Source: Catajapyx aquilonaris
Taxonomy: Eukaryota
Length of the DNA stretch: 56,656 nt
Direction of reading: 5' to 3'
Assembly: GCA_000934665.2 (NCBI GenBank)
Contig: KZ538551.1
Span: 186,001-242,656 of the forward strand
Position 1 is the first letter of the stretch. Each line of letters opens with the position of its first letter. The position numbers were made by a program, and so were the translations under genes. The notes below the pieces were generated by a model. That model made no database searches, had not been told where the DNA came from, and saw only the letters and a list, made by a program, of their open reading frames with translations. Below are positions 11,741 to 26,220 of this stretch, one piece after another.

Positions 11741-14254
11741 GTGAGTCCAGACTTTAGTTTAGGGTCATCCTGTTTAAAAGGCAAAGTTCGTTCGTTCGTT
11801 TGGGTGTTCGTTCCTTCGTTCCTTCGTTTGTCCAGGTGGAGAGGACGAGAGAGGTGTACAGACAGAGTGAATAATCATGTCTTGTATATGCAACGTTGCT
11901 CATAAAAGTGCCCCCCCCCCCCCCAAAAAAAAAAAAACCTCTTACTGATGGTGTGCATAAAAATAATCTGGGGGTTATGTTATCTGGAAGCTGGTTGGTC
12001 CATGAGTGATCTGAAACTGACTACGTGCCCGATAAGGTAGTTGGGATGGCGTCAGACCCTCTGACAACATTATACAGGACTGAGAGGAAACCTTTTTGGT
12101 TGGCGCCCGTTCGGACAGAGGGCATGGAAGTTGAGGTTTTGAAGACTTCGTGGGAAGTTTTTCCCCCCTCTCAACCTCATATACAATACACACACACATA
12201 AAATATTTCCCCAGCCCGGGGTTTTACCACACAGCACGTATACAGGTTGCAACACTTCAAGGTGCATACCCTCCGACCCTGATGTTTGTCCTTGTTATTG
12301 CACTCTATGTATACTGTATGCGTCGTATGTAATGGGACGCAGTAATAAGAAAGCCAAAATGCATTTGGTTCATTGTTATTGTTGCCTGGCTGTCATTGCT
12401 TCAGTCAATGCCGAAAAGTCGCTAATTATTGCTTTTCCGCAGGTCTCTCAAGGACGGCGGCATTATTCGCCTGACAGACTCCTTTAATAATAGTTTATAT
12501 ACTCCGCCAGTGTTTCCTTTGATGCTGACCTACGCTGTATGTAAACAATTACACGGTAATACACAGTACAAATCGGACAACAACTGATAGAATTAATTGT
12601 TGACCACAGCAACTTCATCGGGCGTCTAGTTTGAGCAGTTGCACCCACGTGGATTCTGTGTGTGTTATGATGGGTTGTGTACATGAGCATCTTCTGGGCC
12701 CTCCTGACTCGCATGTATATATGCACCCCCCCCCCCTCCCCCCTGGTGAATCGATCAGAGGGAAAATCCATCTGGCAGTAAAGCGCAGAATCCGTACTCT
12801 GAACAAAAAAAAAAATGCTTTGGGAGGTCCCCCTCAAGCTCTCTCATCCCATGACTGAATCATGCAGTTTTTAGCTTTCAGCTCCAACACCTTTTTGAAC
12901 ACAAACACTGAATCTACTACGTGATTATCGTCAGATTAGATAATACTTGATGATGTAATTGATAAGATGCGTACACTTTTTTTTTAAAGAAAAAAGAAAA
13001 AAAGTCTGGCGCCCCTGGAATAATCCACGTGCTTGGCATCTACAGGGAGTGTCGCAAAATGATGTAATTGCCTTCAAAGCTTGCAGTTAACAGGTTCAAT
13101 GTACGCCGCATGACCCGTTAAAACAAATACACATTAGAGGCCGGATTCACTATCAAGTTTTGATGCAGCAGAGTTTAACTAACCTCTACATAGCCGACTA
13201 AGTAATTTATCATTGTTCCAGAGACAATTTGTCAATTAGGAGCAATTTATCTTATCAATTTACATACCTTATACGTATCGTATGATGAAATAGTATACGT
13301 TAATTATTTCGAAGCGATCAATAAATAATCATGGGCATCGTAGATAATTTACATGATGTACTGTACATATCGCTGAGTCAAATTCCAACATGACATTATG
13401 CGGGAAAAGGGGCTGCTCTATTAATACATAGCCCATGACATAGCCACACATAAGCGGATGCGATCGTACCAAGTACGATGTGGCTATAGCAGACGTCATC
13501 TTTTAGGAACTGTGAGTCGTCTCACTCCCTGGATAAAACCAGACGCGATACCGACGAAAAAAGGTACAGTCATACTTCAACCGCAAACACTTTTAGTGTA
13601 CCAACATTTTTGTAGTAAAGGCGCCCAAAGAGCTGCCAAACATTATCTGGAGATGCATGTTTCTTTCTTTTCTTTCTCATCATGCTGAGACTGGGGGATT
13701 TACTGTACACCCCTGCCCTTGGCAGACAATAGATTCGACCGGTTGCATCATGCGAAATGAGTCAGCAAGACACACTCACTGTACGGCACTTTGCAGCACC
13801 GTATACCCACACAGATTGACACTGTGGCTTATACGAGAATGGGTCCCATTCAATCAAGAAGGGACCAAATATTTGCAAAGAGCACAACATTTAAACACCT
13901 AAGGTCACACCCTATATATCTCAAAATGCTGATGATTGATCATGTCATATTGAAATATTAGGTTCATTACACTATTTTTTGCCCCGGCCGCCATCAGTTC
14001 AATATTGCGAAAATTGGGGGTGCTTCCAGCCTTATGATCAGCGTCAATTTGTGCGATAGCACGTGTTATGTGCCAATATATCATATTATGCGACTTCTGA
14101 ACTACAATCCTGCCGAATTTATTAGCGGAAGGTTCATTGTGCAGATGCAGGTCACTGTAACGCACACTGCTGCAACTAGAAGTGAACCTAAAATTTGGCA
14201 ACACTGCCCGGCCAGCTCTGCACTTGGACGTAGTACGATATGCCATCCACTATA

Positions 14255-14570
14255 GATGAATTTTTAAAACCGAGTGCGCACCCACATTCGCGCAGTTCCA
14301 CCAGTGTTATGACAACAACGTTGCGCAAGTTGCTTCCCATGGGGCCAATTAATTATTAGCGGATCATTGATACTAATTAGATTAATTAATTAAATAATTT
14401 GTTCCAGAGTCGCATACGTCGGTCATTTTCCTCCCTCCCCCAGGCGTAGGATTGGAAATAAGTGCAGCGCAGTACATTCACTATAGCTTAGGAGATATCA
14501 GTGGTAATGCCAACCGTGCACGCTGCGCAAACTGTGATGTGCACTCGGTTGCGCTTGTAAAAAAATTCAT
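14255..14570. mobile_element. MITE family B copy
   Basis: GATGAATTTTT..AACCGAGTGCGCACCCAC ... GTGCACTCGGTTGCGCTTGTAAAAAAATTCAT. Confidence 0.75.
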
Positions 14571-15346
14571 ACCAGTTGGCCGCACAGGCTGCACACTACT
14601 CCAACTACGGCAACTACATGCACCTAGGTCGTGAAGGGACAGAGTCACGCCTAGCCAATTCTAATATATATATATTAGCAGCAATAATGTTTTAACAGCT
14701 AAAGAATAAGCAGCTTAGTCCCTGAATCGGTTTGAAAAGACAACAGGTGGAAAGGCATCAAAAGCGAAATAGCCCATCACAATAATAGAGGCGCATTCCT
14801 GGAGATTTGCTTTTCTGGCCAGATCGATTGAACAGGTAGGTCGGGGGGTAAAAGGTGCGTGGGTGGGTGGAATTGGGGAGGGGGGGGGGCGAGGGAAAGG
14901 TTTGTAGCAGGCTGCAGGATAGTCCAATGGCCGCGTTGAAGGATAAGCCCCCGATGCCAGCAGTCCATAAGGTAAAAAAAAAGGGGGTGCCCATGGCAAC
15001 GACGATGGAAAAAGAAACAACAAATAACTCTAGACATGATGCCAACTAATATTGCTTTTTTTTCAATTCGGTTTTACTCACCCCCTTTTTTGACACCTAA
15101 TTGGCTTCGATCGTGGCCCACGAAGAAAAAAAAAACTTTCAGAGTAATTAATTCACAAAGTGCTGCTTTACACGGATTCTTTCCAAACACTGCGGCCGAT
15201 ATGGGGGCTATTACGAGACATTAAAAAAACAGTAGCAACAAGTTCAGCTAATCTCTCTGAAAGTGGGAGGATTCTATGTCCAACTATAGTGAACCCGTTG
15301 CCAAAATTTGGCAAATTCTATAATCAGTATAACAAATCTTCATTGC

Positions 15347-15483
15347 CGATTTACCACTTAGTACTATTCTTCACGCATAGATGTCGCATACTTCCTCTCC
15401 ACACTTCTGCCACTCTCAGATCGTGCGAGAGATAGCGGTACTATCAGGTCAAACATCCGACGGAGAGAATAAGCCTATTAGGA
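15347..15483 (+). repeat. Dispersed repeat shared with 22389-22473
   Basis: CCGATTTACCAC.TAGT.CTATTCTTCACGCATAGATG and AAACATCCGAC..GAGA...TTAGGA occur in both places. Confidence 0.65.
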
Positions 15484-17739
15484 AAAATATATTGAGGTGT
15501 GGTTAACACTTGGTTAGTGAACACAATTTAATGTATAATGTGTGCACACATTTTCGAGGCAGATGCGTGCCTTTAGGCAAATCAGAAATTGTCGTTGTTG
15601 TTGTTGTCTAACTTCCTATAACTCGATGCAAGGTGTAAGGGAGAAAAGGGGTTAGTTTGGTTTGTTCGGTTGAGGACAAAGAAAAGCAGGTGGGCCAAAC
15701 ATCAATTTTCAAGGCCCGGCTTTTTTTGGGCAGGTGCACAGCCTACAAAGGGCAGCTGTTGGTCAGAAGGAGGAAACTCTTAGGGGAATAAAAAAAATTC
15801 AAATCTGCTGAGTTCGGACTTCCTTGTAAGATTCACTCCAATCACATTTGATATAGTTGAGGAATAATCAAATCATCCTTTTGATACATGTCGCTTATCC
15901 AAAGGGTGACAACCGATAAATTTTTCAAGGTTTTTTTTTTACGATTGATGCATTGCCTTCTAAATGTCATCAAGTTAGTGACTACTACGCTGCAACTGGG
16001 TTATCAGTGTAAATAGAAGGATTGGAATGTCAGAATTTTCTAGTACTTATAGCCGTTTGTTTCCTTGTCCGGCAATCATCGCTTATATGCTAATGAAGTT
16101 TCCTCGTATCGGACACACCTACTTTTTTTCATTACGCAACACTCATAATATCTGGCCTGCAGCACTTTAAATGAAATGCAACGTTCAATTGACATTGGAA
16201 CGTCGAGAAATCTAAATTTTACGCTGTTTCCAAAAAAAATTGTTTTGTCTGTAATCCATGCAAATTAAGGAAAATATCATATTATTTATTATGATTATCA
16301 TGCAGAACATCATATTTGTGTTCATACAACCGGACGTACATTTCGTTCGTTCACAGCATAGTAAATGTATTAATAATTAATTTGTTATTAATAATCATAA
16401 TAATAAGGCTGCCCCAACGACAAAGTGAATAATATTCTTCCTCGTATAGGAGCCACAATAAAAATTATTATTAAACCATAACTTGGAACTGAATTTTACG
16501 TATAAAGCTTACAAGTTTATTATCAATATATTCACGGGTGATGAGACATTATCAACAGACATAATTCGCAAATTAAAGCTAAATTTATGACCTAACAGAG
16601 GGTTGCATCATTTAATACGGTGGATCTAGTACCCTTATATTTATTGTTGACAAAAGTTAAGAAGTAACCGATAAAATCTGTATATATGATAGTGTCGGAT
16701 AATCGCGAATATCCTTTCTCCTTAATTACCCATGCTAAACATGCCTCGAAATTAAATACAGTTTAAGAGCTGAGAACAATATTCACGTATGGTTTACACG
16801 TGAATCGATCGTGAATTTCCAATCTTCACTCGACCCTCTGTTAAGAGGAGGAGGGAGGGGGAGGGAGGGGCAGAGAGGGGGTGGAAATAGGGGTGGGGGT
16901 TGGGGGGGGGGACCACCATTGATTTTAGAGACTAGAAGCCTCTAGTATAAGTATTGCGCCAAGAACAGTACCGTAAGTTAAACTAAAGTGCGCCAATTTG
17001 CCACCGATTGTATCTAACATTTTATCGCCAACAATATATAGGAAATTAGGAGATGGCCCGGTGCCATAAATTGGTTTGCTCTCGCAAATAATTGTATTAA
17101 TTTGTGCTGGGTTCACACACGTCGTTGTCGTTGTCTTTTCACATTTGAGAGAAAAAAAGGTCATTGAATGGACTCGAGTTATTCAATCGTTCACACGCAT
17201 TTTGTCGATCATACAGCTAAGAAGAAATCACCACGGAATCGCAAAATCAACCAGGCATTACGTTTTTTAAGGTAGGTCATGAAGGTTATGGCCCGATAAT
17301 AATGCCTCCTTTAGCTTGTGAGGGGGCCTTTTTTGGACGTCACAATGTATAGTCGTGGGAAGTCCCGTACTGTGCGCATATACAGATGGAGTGGGCGGAT
17401 TAACCATGACGTCAATGCAACCTTCGGAAGGCCCCGAAGTAGTCGTATATACAGAAGAGAGAAGTGACGTTGCCGTCACGCAAAGACCATGTGATCACAT
17501 CCGCTCCAAGCTAGAGTTTTCTGACCTTATGATTTTCCACGAGCTTTTTGACCTTCTATATGCTCCACTGGCACCAGGGAAGGGACTCCAGAGGGCGAAA
17601 TATGTAAAAAAGAAGATAACAGCCAAACCGTGCGATGGCTTTAAATATTCAAATCTGATTTCCTAAAAGGAGCAACCCAGCCATTATTGAATTTCCTCGC
17701 GGGGAAATTACGACAGGGTCAAAATTACTCTCGAGTTAA

Positions 17740-17935
17740 GTACAAGTTCTGGACATTAATAGTGTCGTACTGGTGGCGCCATGATCCGTGGCTGCAAAAA
17801 AAAGCTAATCAAAATTTGCCTCCGTATGGCCACCTTCACTTAAATGAAATGAATACGGAGGGCAACTTTCGATTCGCTCTTTTGCCAGGCTCGTGGCGCC
17901 ACGAGTACGGCACCATTAAGGTTCAGCACTGTACC
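17740..17935. mobile_element. Fold-back MITE family D
   Basis: TTAATAGTGTCGTACTGGTGGCGCCA ... TGGCGCCACGAGTACGGCACCATTAA. Copies at 10530-10658 and 28290-28463; the element at 30808-30961 shares the inner CCACCTTCA/TGAAGGTGG palindrome. Confidence 0.75.
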
Positions 17936-19443
17936 TGTGACAATATTTAGGATAGAGATTAAAAACAAATGGGGAAGCAGCAGAAAAACGAGTCATGCAA
18001 GGTTCAACATTCTGATTCAAACCATTTTTGTTATGATAAGTTGCATAATTTATAAGGCTGGGCTGTGCACACACCCAGTTTACTATCAGGTAGGCAATAA
18101 ACTGTGGTGGGTATATACCCATCTTCTTGTTGCTTTACCACTTTCTTTATTTCGCAACATGCGCATTGAAAACGACGTGCTAATTGTTGAGCTGGCCGAT
18201 ATTAATTGCTCATCTCATGCGGAGGAGTCGTTAGACCCATTTATTTTCACTGTTTTTTTTCGGCCGTTTAAAAAAAAAAAATTGCGAGCACTCTGTCGTA
18301 ATAGCAGATCGCAGTGACTCTGCTTTTAACGACTGCTAGTACTAATGAGTTTTAAAAAGAGAAACGTGCAGCTCTTCTCCCTCTTTGTAATTAATCCTGC
18401 TGCGCAAAAGAAGCTGAGTAGAATAATGGTTCCGGAGGATAGATTTGTGAAAGAAGGGCAAATAGGCAGAGAGCTAAGGTAGCCACGTATAAGTAGCCCC
18501 ACTTTCACCAGAACCAGTTCGCATGTTCTCGGTTTTTGCCGACTTAAAACCCAGTGAAAGGTGCATGGCCCCGAGGCAACATAAACAAAACGTGTGTTGC
18601 TTCCTTCTCACAACATCATTTTTGCTCGAGTGTCCAAAAAGAATACAATTTCCGCACGTTGACACATCTTTATTTCCAACTATATTTTCACGTGGACTCC
18701 CATAAGCCATAACTGATATATTTCGATATATCGCCCAGAGAAACTATTTTTAATATGGACTAAAACGACTATTCAGTGCTTATACGAAAATGTTAAATCT
18801 CACGTCATCACCCAGGTTCGCTCCTATAATTTGCATGCAATTTATTTTCAGCGTTTGCAGTACAATCAAGGACTTGGTGTAACCAAATGTACATTCCGCA
18901 CGTGGCATTACCTTAAGATCCTCCAAAGCTGGAACACGGAAGACATATCCTTGCAACTAAAGCCTGAGGCCATCACGGTTTTTCCCAGCATCCAAGGGCT
19001 GGATTTTTACAGCAAACAAAATGCGCATCCACTCGGAAATAAAACAAAACGAGGCTGCCATCATTTGAACATTACACTAAGAGAGGATCTTATCTGGAGT
19101 ATGCTGAAATTAGCCTAGAGGCGCCACGACTCTCTCTGGAATTGGGATTAGAGGGAAAAAAATTGTGTCGTCACAAGAAAGACCTTGCCCTCGTTTCCAT
19201 CAGACGAGCAAAAATCAGCTTCGGCCTATCATATATGTTTTCAAGTGGCCAGCAGTAACTTAAAACAAACTGTCAAGACAGATGTGTTTGCAGGTCATTA
19301 CCACTTTGCGCAATGTTTATTCCGAGGGAATTCCCCCCGAAAAGAAGCAATGGCGACAATAATTGATCCTGTGTAAACATTATGTATATTAAATTACTAG
19401 AGCAAACTGCACCAAAATTATTGACCGTTACTGACCTACTGCG

Positions 19444-19761
19444 ACAGACTTAAATATTTCCTTATTTTGTTTTTGTTTTTATTTTATTTTATTAAATATT
19501 TAATTAAAATGCTCGGCTATTGCAGGATATTTTCACTCTTCCCATACGTTACTCTATTTTAAATTTTAATTGGAAGTAATTTTTATGTTATAGTTGTTAG
19601 TACATGGGCATGTTTTACTTTGCATTACAGACTTAAATATTTTTACTATTAATTTTTATTTAATTAATATTTTCACCCTTTACACGCGTTATTCAATTTT
19701 AAATTTTTAATCGAAGTAAAAAAATGTTATAGTTGTTAGCCCAATGGGCATGTTTTACTTT
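19444..19761. repeat. Diverged local tandem duplication (AT-rich)
   Basis: ACAGACTTAAATATTT ... ATGTTATAGTTGTTAG..ATGGGCATGTTTTACTTT at 19444-19621 and again at 19628-19761. Confidence 0.75.
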
Positions 19762-21111
19762 ACTGCACAATTTTTATAGCATGTCCTGCGTACGACCTTT
19801 GCGGCATATGTTGGCCGTAAAAAAAAAAAAAATCAAGAGCAACAAGTGCGACTGATCGACGTGTACACGGCCTCTAGTTTTGAAATAGTGTTCAGCATGC
19901 GGCCTTGAGAGTTGCTGCCAGGGGCTCGGGCATAGATTAGTTATCTATTCCCTTGAGTGCCGTCCTGCGGTTGTGGTACCACTCGTCACCATTTTCCATC
20001 AAAATTGTGTACACGCATGCACTATTCCCCTCGGTACACTTCATTGCAAACCCTCCACACAATTAATAAAGCCGATAACCCCATGTCAATCAGCGGTTGG
20101 CTCGTGTTGGCTCCAATAATAATATTTTAAAACTAACAGTTAATATAACCCTCGCAGGCTAATTATTCATCGATGCTTGAGCAAGGCTAATAAGTCTGTG
20201 TGCGAGCTTAGCGATTTCGAGAGGCACAGTATGCAAAAGGTATATATATAGTGAGAGGGGGGGTGATCCCCATGCAGAAAAGCCAATCAGCGGAGAGGTA
20301 ATTTCGCTGCTCTATCCAGTGGAGGCTTGGCAATCTGATTTTCATGTAATGTAGGAAAGGGGACCCCCAGAATGGATGGGGGAAGGGGGAATTCGCCCGG
20401 AATGGAAATTCAGAGAGTTGTGGGGGGAGATTTTCCACTCGGGAAAATTTTTGGGGGACAATCCAGCCGGAATCCAGCTTTTTCCAGAGAACCAAAAACA
20501 TGCTCTCAAAACTGTATAGTGATCAGGAAAATTTTATACGCCAATTTGGGATCAGCGAATATTTGCTAGTTGTCAAAGTGTGAACCGGAAGCTTAGTTGT
20601 AATGTACAAGCCGGAAATCTGTACGTGTTTGGACAGGAAAAAGGTTGAGATTCCAGGCCGACGTCCGGCAGATCAAGCTTGGTTATATTATACGAGAGGC
20701 GTTTATTTCCTCCTGCGAAGCTCACCAAAAGCTCAGGTAGCCTGTGCAAGCCCAGCCAATCAGGACAGCCCCTCTTGTGCTTCCATAGCCAGGTGAAGGG
20801 GGGGACCCTAATCCAGACTTGCCAGGTTTATCTTTTCCCACCTGGCGTGGGATCCCAGTTTCACAAACCAGAATTTTTATGGTACACTCTGTACGAATGA
20901 CATCATATGCAAAACAAATTCCTTAAAACAACCCATTGATCTGCAGATGATGTGTGTACAGACACTGCAAATAAAGATTGTGTGTGATGTGTATATATAC
21001 ACACACGATGAACCGGATTGTTCTTGAATAAAACATGGGCATGATTTACAGGGGCATTGAATTCACGTCCGCACACATTCCAAAAAATGCAAAATTTAGC
21101 GTAGTATCACT

Positions 21112-21210
21112 GGGTGGAATTTTCGTCCCACTGCTATATAGTTACTGCTAACTTAGAAGTACAAGTTAATGGCACTGCTAAGCTATAGCAGTGGGACGAA
21201 AATTCCACCC
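21112..21210. mobile_element. MITE family A (~100-115 bp fold-back)
   Basis: TIR GGGTGGAATTTTCGTCCCACTGCTA ... TAGCAGTGGGACGAAAATTCCACCC. Other copies at 25181-25297, 26221-26308 (partial), 34274-34387 and 47713-47822. Confidence 0.85.
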
Positions 21211-22240
21211 ATTGTTACTGGATTCGCAGAGGATGCTAGAAAAAATTATTGCGAATCCATCAGACACCTTCTAGTTGAAACGTACTGTTCACATCCATGA
21301 CAAGACGAGGTGACACGTGTTGACCGCAAATCCGGAGCAATTTCCCCGGAAAGTCCGGACAATCCCACCTGTTGCACTAGGTCCAGCCTCTTTGCATCTG
21401 ACCAGTGTCCAAAGTGATTTTGTGTATACATCTCGACAAAAAATGGCTGCTTTCACTTCCAGATATATCAAAACTCGGTGATTTAAAATACATACGCACA
21501 TACTGAATGTGCTAATAAATTGCTGTGTTTATTTTGCATCAATTCCGACACGAGGACGAATCGATGACCTCACCTTATAGATTTTTTGGTCTGCTGCTGT
21601 GTGTGTACATGTGACCGTGAAACACAGAGGGCGTGGGCGAGAAAGTGGGTGCATTATCCCTGAGGATCTTCACCCGCGCTCAGTGAACGTGTACGTCCTT
21701 CCCACCCCCTCCAAACCCTCCCCACCCCCTCCTCCAACCCACCTGCTACACCCCCCACCAACCCACGTAAAGTCTAGTGTACCTAGCGTAAAATGTAAGC
21801 CAAGCATGCGGGACCGACAGATAAAATGAAGGGAAAGGGGGGCCCCAGGTAAAAAGGTGCAACTTGGCAACGTCGCACCAGCCACCTGGACTGCCCAGGG
21901 GACAATGGCCCCCTTGGAATATAAAAAAAAAGGAGAGAAAAAACGTTTCTTCCCTATCCTCACCCTTACTCTCATGGTAGATTTTTACCTGGAGGACGCT
22001 CCACTATAACCGGATGCTAAGCAGAGGGTGATATTCAGATGAAACGCTAATGGTACGAAGTGGCAGCAACGGATCATCTATTTAATTGCGTAGTGCCAAA
22101 ATTTGGCAACACTGCCCAGCTCGGTTGGACGTAGTAGTGTATGCCACAACCAGATGGCGCGCATCCTCCCTCTCTGCACGCTACAGCCACCAAGCGGTAA
22201 AATATGATAACTAAATGCACTTAGGTGATGAGTCAACGCG

Positions 22241-22301
22241 TGTAGGGACAAACACAGCCAATTCTACATAATATGTAGAATTGGCTGTGTTTGTCCCTAC
22301 A
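22241..22301. repeat. Perfect palindrome (30-bp arms, 1-nt loop)
   Basis: TGTAGGGACAAACACAGCCAATTCTACATA-A-TATGTAGAATTGGCTGTGTTTGTCCCTACA. Confidence 0.95.
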
Positions 22302-24885
22302 TATATTATATGACTAGCGAACTAGCCAAAACTGGGCAAAACCTATACTGAATCAGTATATGACAGTGTAAACAATAAGATGGACCTCCGATTTACCACG
22401 TAGTTCTATTCTTCACGCATAGATGGCTTCATGAGGTCGGACAAACATCCGACTGGAGAGATCAGGCTGTTAGGAGTACGATTTTCTGATGGTTTATTTC
22501 CACATATTTGCGTTGTTCTCCTGTATGCCAGGGAGGGCATCCAACTTCCAACCTGATTCACGCCATCAAGGTCGCTTGGCACACGCAATAAGTGTCAGAC
22601 ACCCCTTGTCGAATCAATCGGAAGACTCGTTATTGGACGCGTCATTCACCCCCTCGGCATGCGTGAAATCCTACAATGCACTATTTGTTGTACGATATAA
22701 AAAAAAACAATGTGTTCGAAGCATGCCTACTGACACACTGAAAAGTGTTGTACTTTCACTGGTCCTCTTGTTGTTAAGAACCGAGTCGTGCCATAGTTGT
22801 CCAAGGACAAGGCCATTATTGGTCCTACGTGCGTGTACTGCACGTGTGTGTGTACGTCGATACATGCTTCAGGTGTGCTGACCTGACGTTGCATTTATTA
22901 ACGAACCATACATCACAAGGGCCTTTCAATTGTTGAGGTTCGCAGTTTTAAATTAAATTTGCAAATAAGGTACCTAAAAATGCAGCTTGCATACATACCG
23001 TTAGATGTACCGGTAATATTACTTGCAAAAACGACTGACGTAACATCAAGTTTATAGGACTGCAACATAAATATGGGCAGGACTTGCGGAAACTAGTTCG
23101 GAAGCGATTTTGCCATTGCCCTTTTACGAAAAACGGGCAATAATAGAGTAATGATTATGCCACGCCCGTAAAAACAATGCACTTTGGAGACTGGCCCAAC
23201 AGCTGACAGAAAGCGACAACAAAAACGGGACAGTTGCCGAACTTTCCAGTTCTCTGTCGCCCCCTTTTGTTTGTATCTGGTGTCCTGCGCAATACAATGC
23301 AGTCAGCAGGTCAGTATCGCATATCGAGTGGAAAGTCCGGCAGGGTCAGTGCAAGTTAACGAAACAGTTGACCATCGAAACTTTTGTGTGGACATCCTCA
23401 CACACACACAGTCCTAAAGAAGTTGCGGATTGTTTAAATAGCAAGGCATATGGCCGAAAATCTTATCGCCCTTAGTTTGGTTGTCCGGAGTGGGTGGCAT
23501 TCGCATTAAATCTAGGAGGATCTGTTAGTTTAACTGCGCAATAAATAACTATGCAATACAGCATACCTTTCCATCAAACGTGTCCAAATAAATTAAAATA
23601 AATCAGTGGAATAAATTAATAAGTAAATTGCAGAGGCAGGAACTCCATGGCTGTGCATTTAAGTAAGGGCGACGATTACAAGCAAATCTCATCGCAATTA
23701 GCGCGTGCCAAAATTATTATCGTAGCAACCACGGTGTAGCAAGTGCAGGCATATTGGCGTGTAATCCGCTATCATCTGATAATAATTACTGTAGGCCTAC
23801 ATATCGGAAAATTATGGCCGTCAATAATAATTAATGAAAATTCGCCCAGATTCATCAATAAAACACATTCGGAGCTCATTGTGTTCTAATAAGATGAGAG
23901 TTGAATTATTGTAGTGCAAATTTTTAAAATGCTGGCAAAATTTTGAGTCCACACAACTTGGCGTCAATGCCTAAAAATTAGGCACATCATGTACAGAGTG
24001 AATCTCTGTACTTATAAACGGTAAAGTTTGTGCATAATTATGTTTGTTCGGGCTACCTAAACCCATTTGAAATAACCTGCACTTTGTTTGTTTTTTTGGT
24101 CATTTTTCTTCAATAATGCTTCGAAGTGCTGAGAGCGGGGGGAAAAAATGTCTGTACGACCTGTCCCTGAAGTCTTTGCCTTTCTAGTTCCGGTTTTCCA
24201 TCTCCGCCTATATTGCCAGCCTGGGTCACACACAAGAAAACGTGGAGCTCAGACCACTGGCACGGCCCCGGACTACTTCTCGGGGTCGTCAGGAAGTGTG
24301 CCCCCATTTTTTATTCTCTCCTAGCTAAGCCTTTTGGTAGGGTTACCCTCTTTTTTTATTTTCATTATTTATTTTTCGCCTACGCCCACGCAGCCTAGGA
24401 TAATCGGCCTGAAATTTACTAATCAGCATCAAATTGAATGAGTCGACGACACATGCTGCATCAAGATAAGAGTGAATGGCACCTGGGATTCCTGTTTAGT
24501 GTGGGGTCTCCACTTGTGTACAAATTAGACGGGTCGTTCGGAGAGAGTAGTAGGCACCTCCAGGGCGCAATAACAAAGCGATTGCGGCAGACCCCCTAAA
24601 GCCCCTCAAAATCACCACGGAAATCAGGGGGTTAACCCTCAGGCTACAGCAGACACACCACACTTCGCCCAGAGTTCATGGTTGGAATTATCAATGACAG
24701 ATCTGGTATAATGGGTGCACGTATTTCCAACGCTACACTCGGGGGAGGGGACAATATGGCCGATGTTTGCAACGTTTCCAAGGCTATGAACCAAACATCC
24801 AAAGAGTTCTGCTATAATATGTGTATTATTACAGCAGAATAAATTGTATTAATCATTTAAAAAAAAACTAATACATAAACATTTA

Positions 24886-25112
24886 GGGCCGAATTCAGAG
24901 AGGTTGCTTAACGTAAACGCGCCCGATTAAATCCTTTAGTCAGCCTCGATTAGCAAATTTAATCAACCTGCTAATACAAAGAGTCGAAGACGGCGATTAG
25001 CGCTAAACGCCCCCTAATCGCACTTGCTAGCACTTTTAAATTTGCTAATCGAGGATGACTAAAGGATTTAATCGGGCGCGTTTACGTTAAGCAACCTCTC
25101 TGAATTCGGCCC
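24886..25112. mobile_element. Young MITE with ~75-bp near-perfect TIRs (PIF/Harbinger-like ends)
   Basis: GGGCCGAATTCAGAGAGGTTGCTTAACG ... CGTTAAGCAACCTCTCTGAATTCGGCCC with one mismatch in about 75 bp. Left flank TTA, right flank GTA. Confidence 0.8.
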
Positions 25113-25180
25113 GTACACTCTAGCAGAGTCTATGTGTATTATAGCAGAATAATACTACGTTAATATGTTTATGAACAATT

Positions 25181-25297
25181 GGTCGAATTTTCGTCACCAT
25201 TCGTCACACTGCTAGCTACAGCTAACTAGCAGTACCAGTAGCAACTCTAGTGCTGCTAAGTTTAGCAGTAACTAGCAGTGAGACGAAAATTCGACCC
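25181..25297. mobile_element. MITE family A copy
   Basis: GGTCGAATTTTCGTCA ... TGAGACGAAAATTCGACC with the shared internal TGCTAAGTT.AGCAGTAAC. Confidence 0.8.
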
Positions 25298-26220
25298 AAT
25301 ATTTATGTTACGCTGTTATTATTATTCATTTTAATGTGTTTCTTGGCGAACCTCAGAGCTACGAATGTAAATTTTTTGGCTCGTGGGTAGTAATTCTGGC
25401 AACATTGTGCAGCTGCGTGAGAGTGGGTGCGTACTCGTTTGCGCGTGTTTATGAAAAAAATCGTCAATAGTAGAAAATCTGGCAACTGTTCCTGATGCAA
25501 TCGAAAGGTCATGTTGCTACACCTGACTGTGAATATCGCTGAGATAAGGACTCGTGCCATCACCTGATGAGACCAAAGGTTAGCCTCAATCGCACAACTG
25601 CGCAAAAAATAAATTTGAAGTAATTATGATACATTTAATAATATGTAATATATCCGCAGATTTTTGATCCTGCAGCAGTGCTGTACCGGTTAATATTGAT
25701 TCAATGCGGGTTCTGCCTTATTGAGTGTAAGACGCCTGCACGATCCAAGAGTTTTCTGGCCCGCTAATTATTATTAACTCAGCATATACACTCGAAAAAA
25801 TATTCCTCAGCATTACAGGTCTCATAGTAAAATTTTTCTAATCCTTCGGGCGGGAAAGTGTAACGAACTTCCGGCGAGTCTGGCTGTTATTGTTCCCTCA
25901 GGACTAGGGGTTGGAAAAAGGGGGACATCTCTCACTCCCTCCCCCTCTCTCTTTTTTGTCTCTTTCTCCTTCTTTCTTTCTCTCTCTCTCTCTCTCCTTT
26001 TTTTCTCTCTCTTCTATTCCCCATCCCTCCACGCGTCTGGTCTACGTGCATTTTGTACGCGTGCGCGGCCCCAGCAGCTGAAGCCAGTCATATTTGGCAG
26101 GTGCAAGTTGGACCTATGAGTCACGATCCCATCTGGACTCACTGGATTGTTCATCCCAGCAACCAGAAAAGCAACAAGCAGTAAAATAAATGCACGCAAA
26201 ATTGTAAAAACTAGCGTACC

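Noticed and set aside
16845..16912. G-quadruplex-prone G-tracts (also 14843-14900 and 21700-21765)
   Set aside because: G/C homopolymer tracts are common throughout the window, with nothing pointing to a specific function.
26014..26199. Short ORF with a signal-peptide-like N-terminus
   Set aside because: Non-ATG start, no splice support and no recognisable mature peptide.
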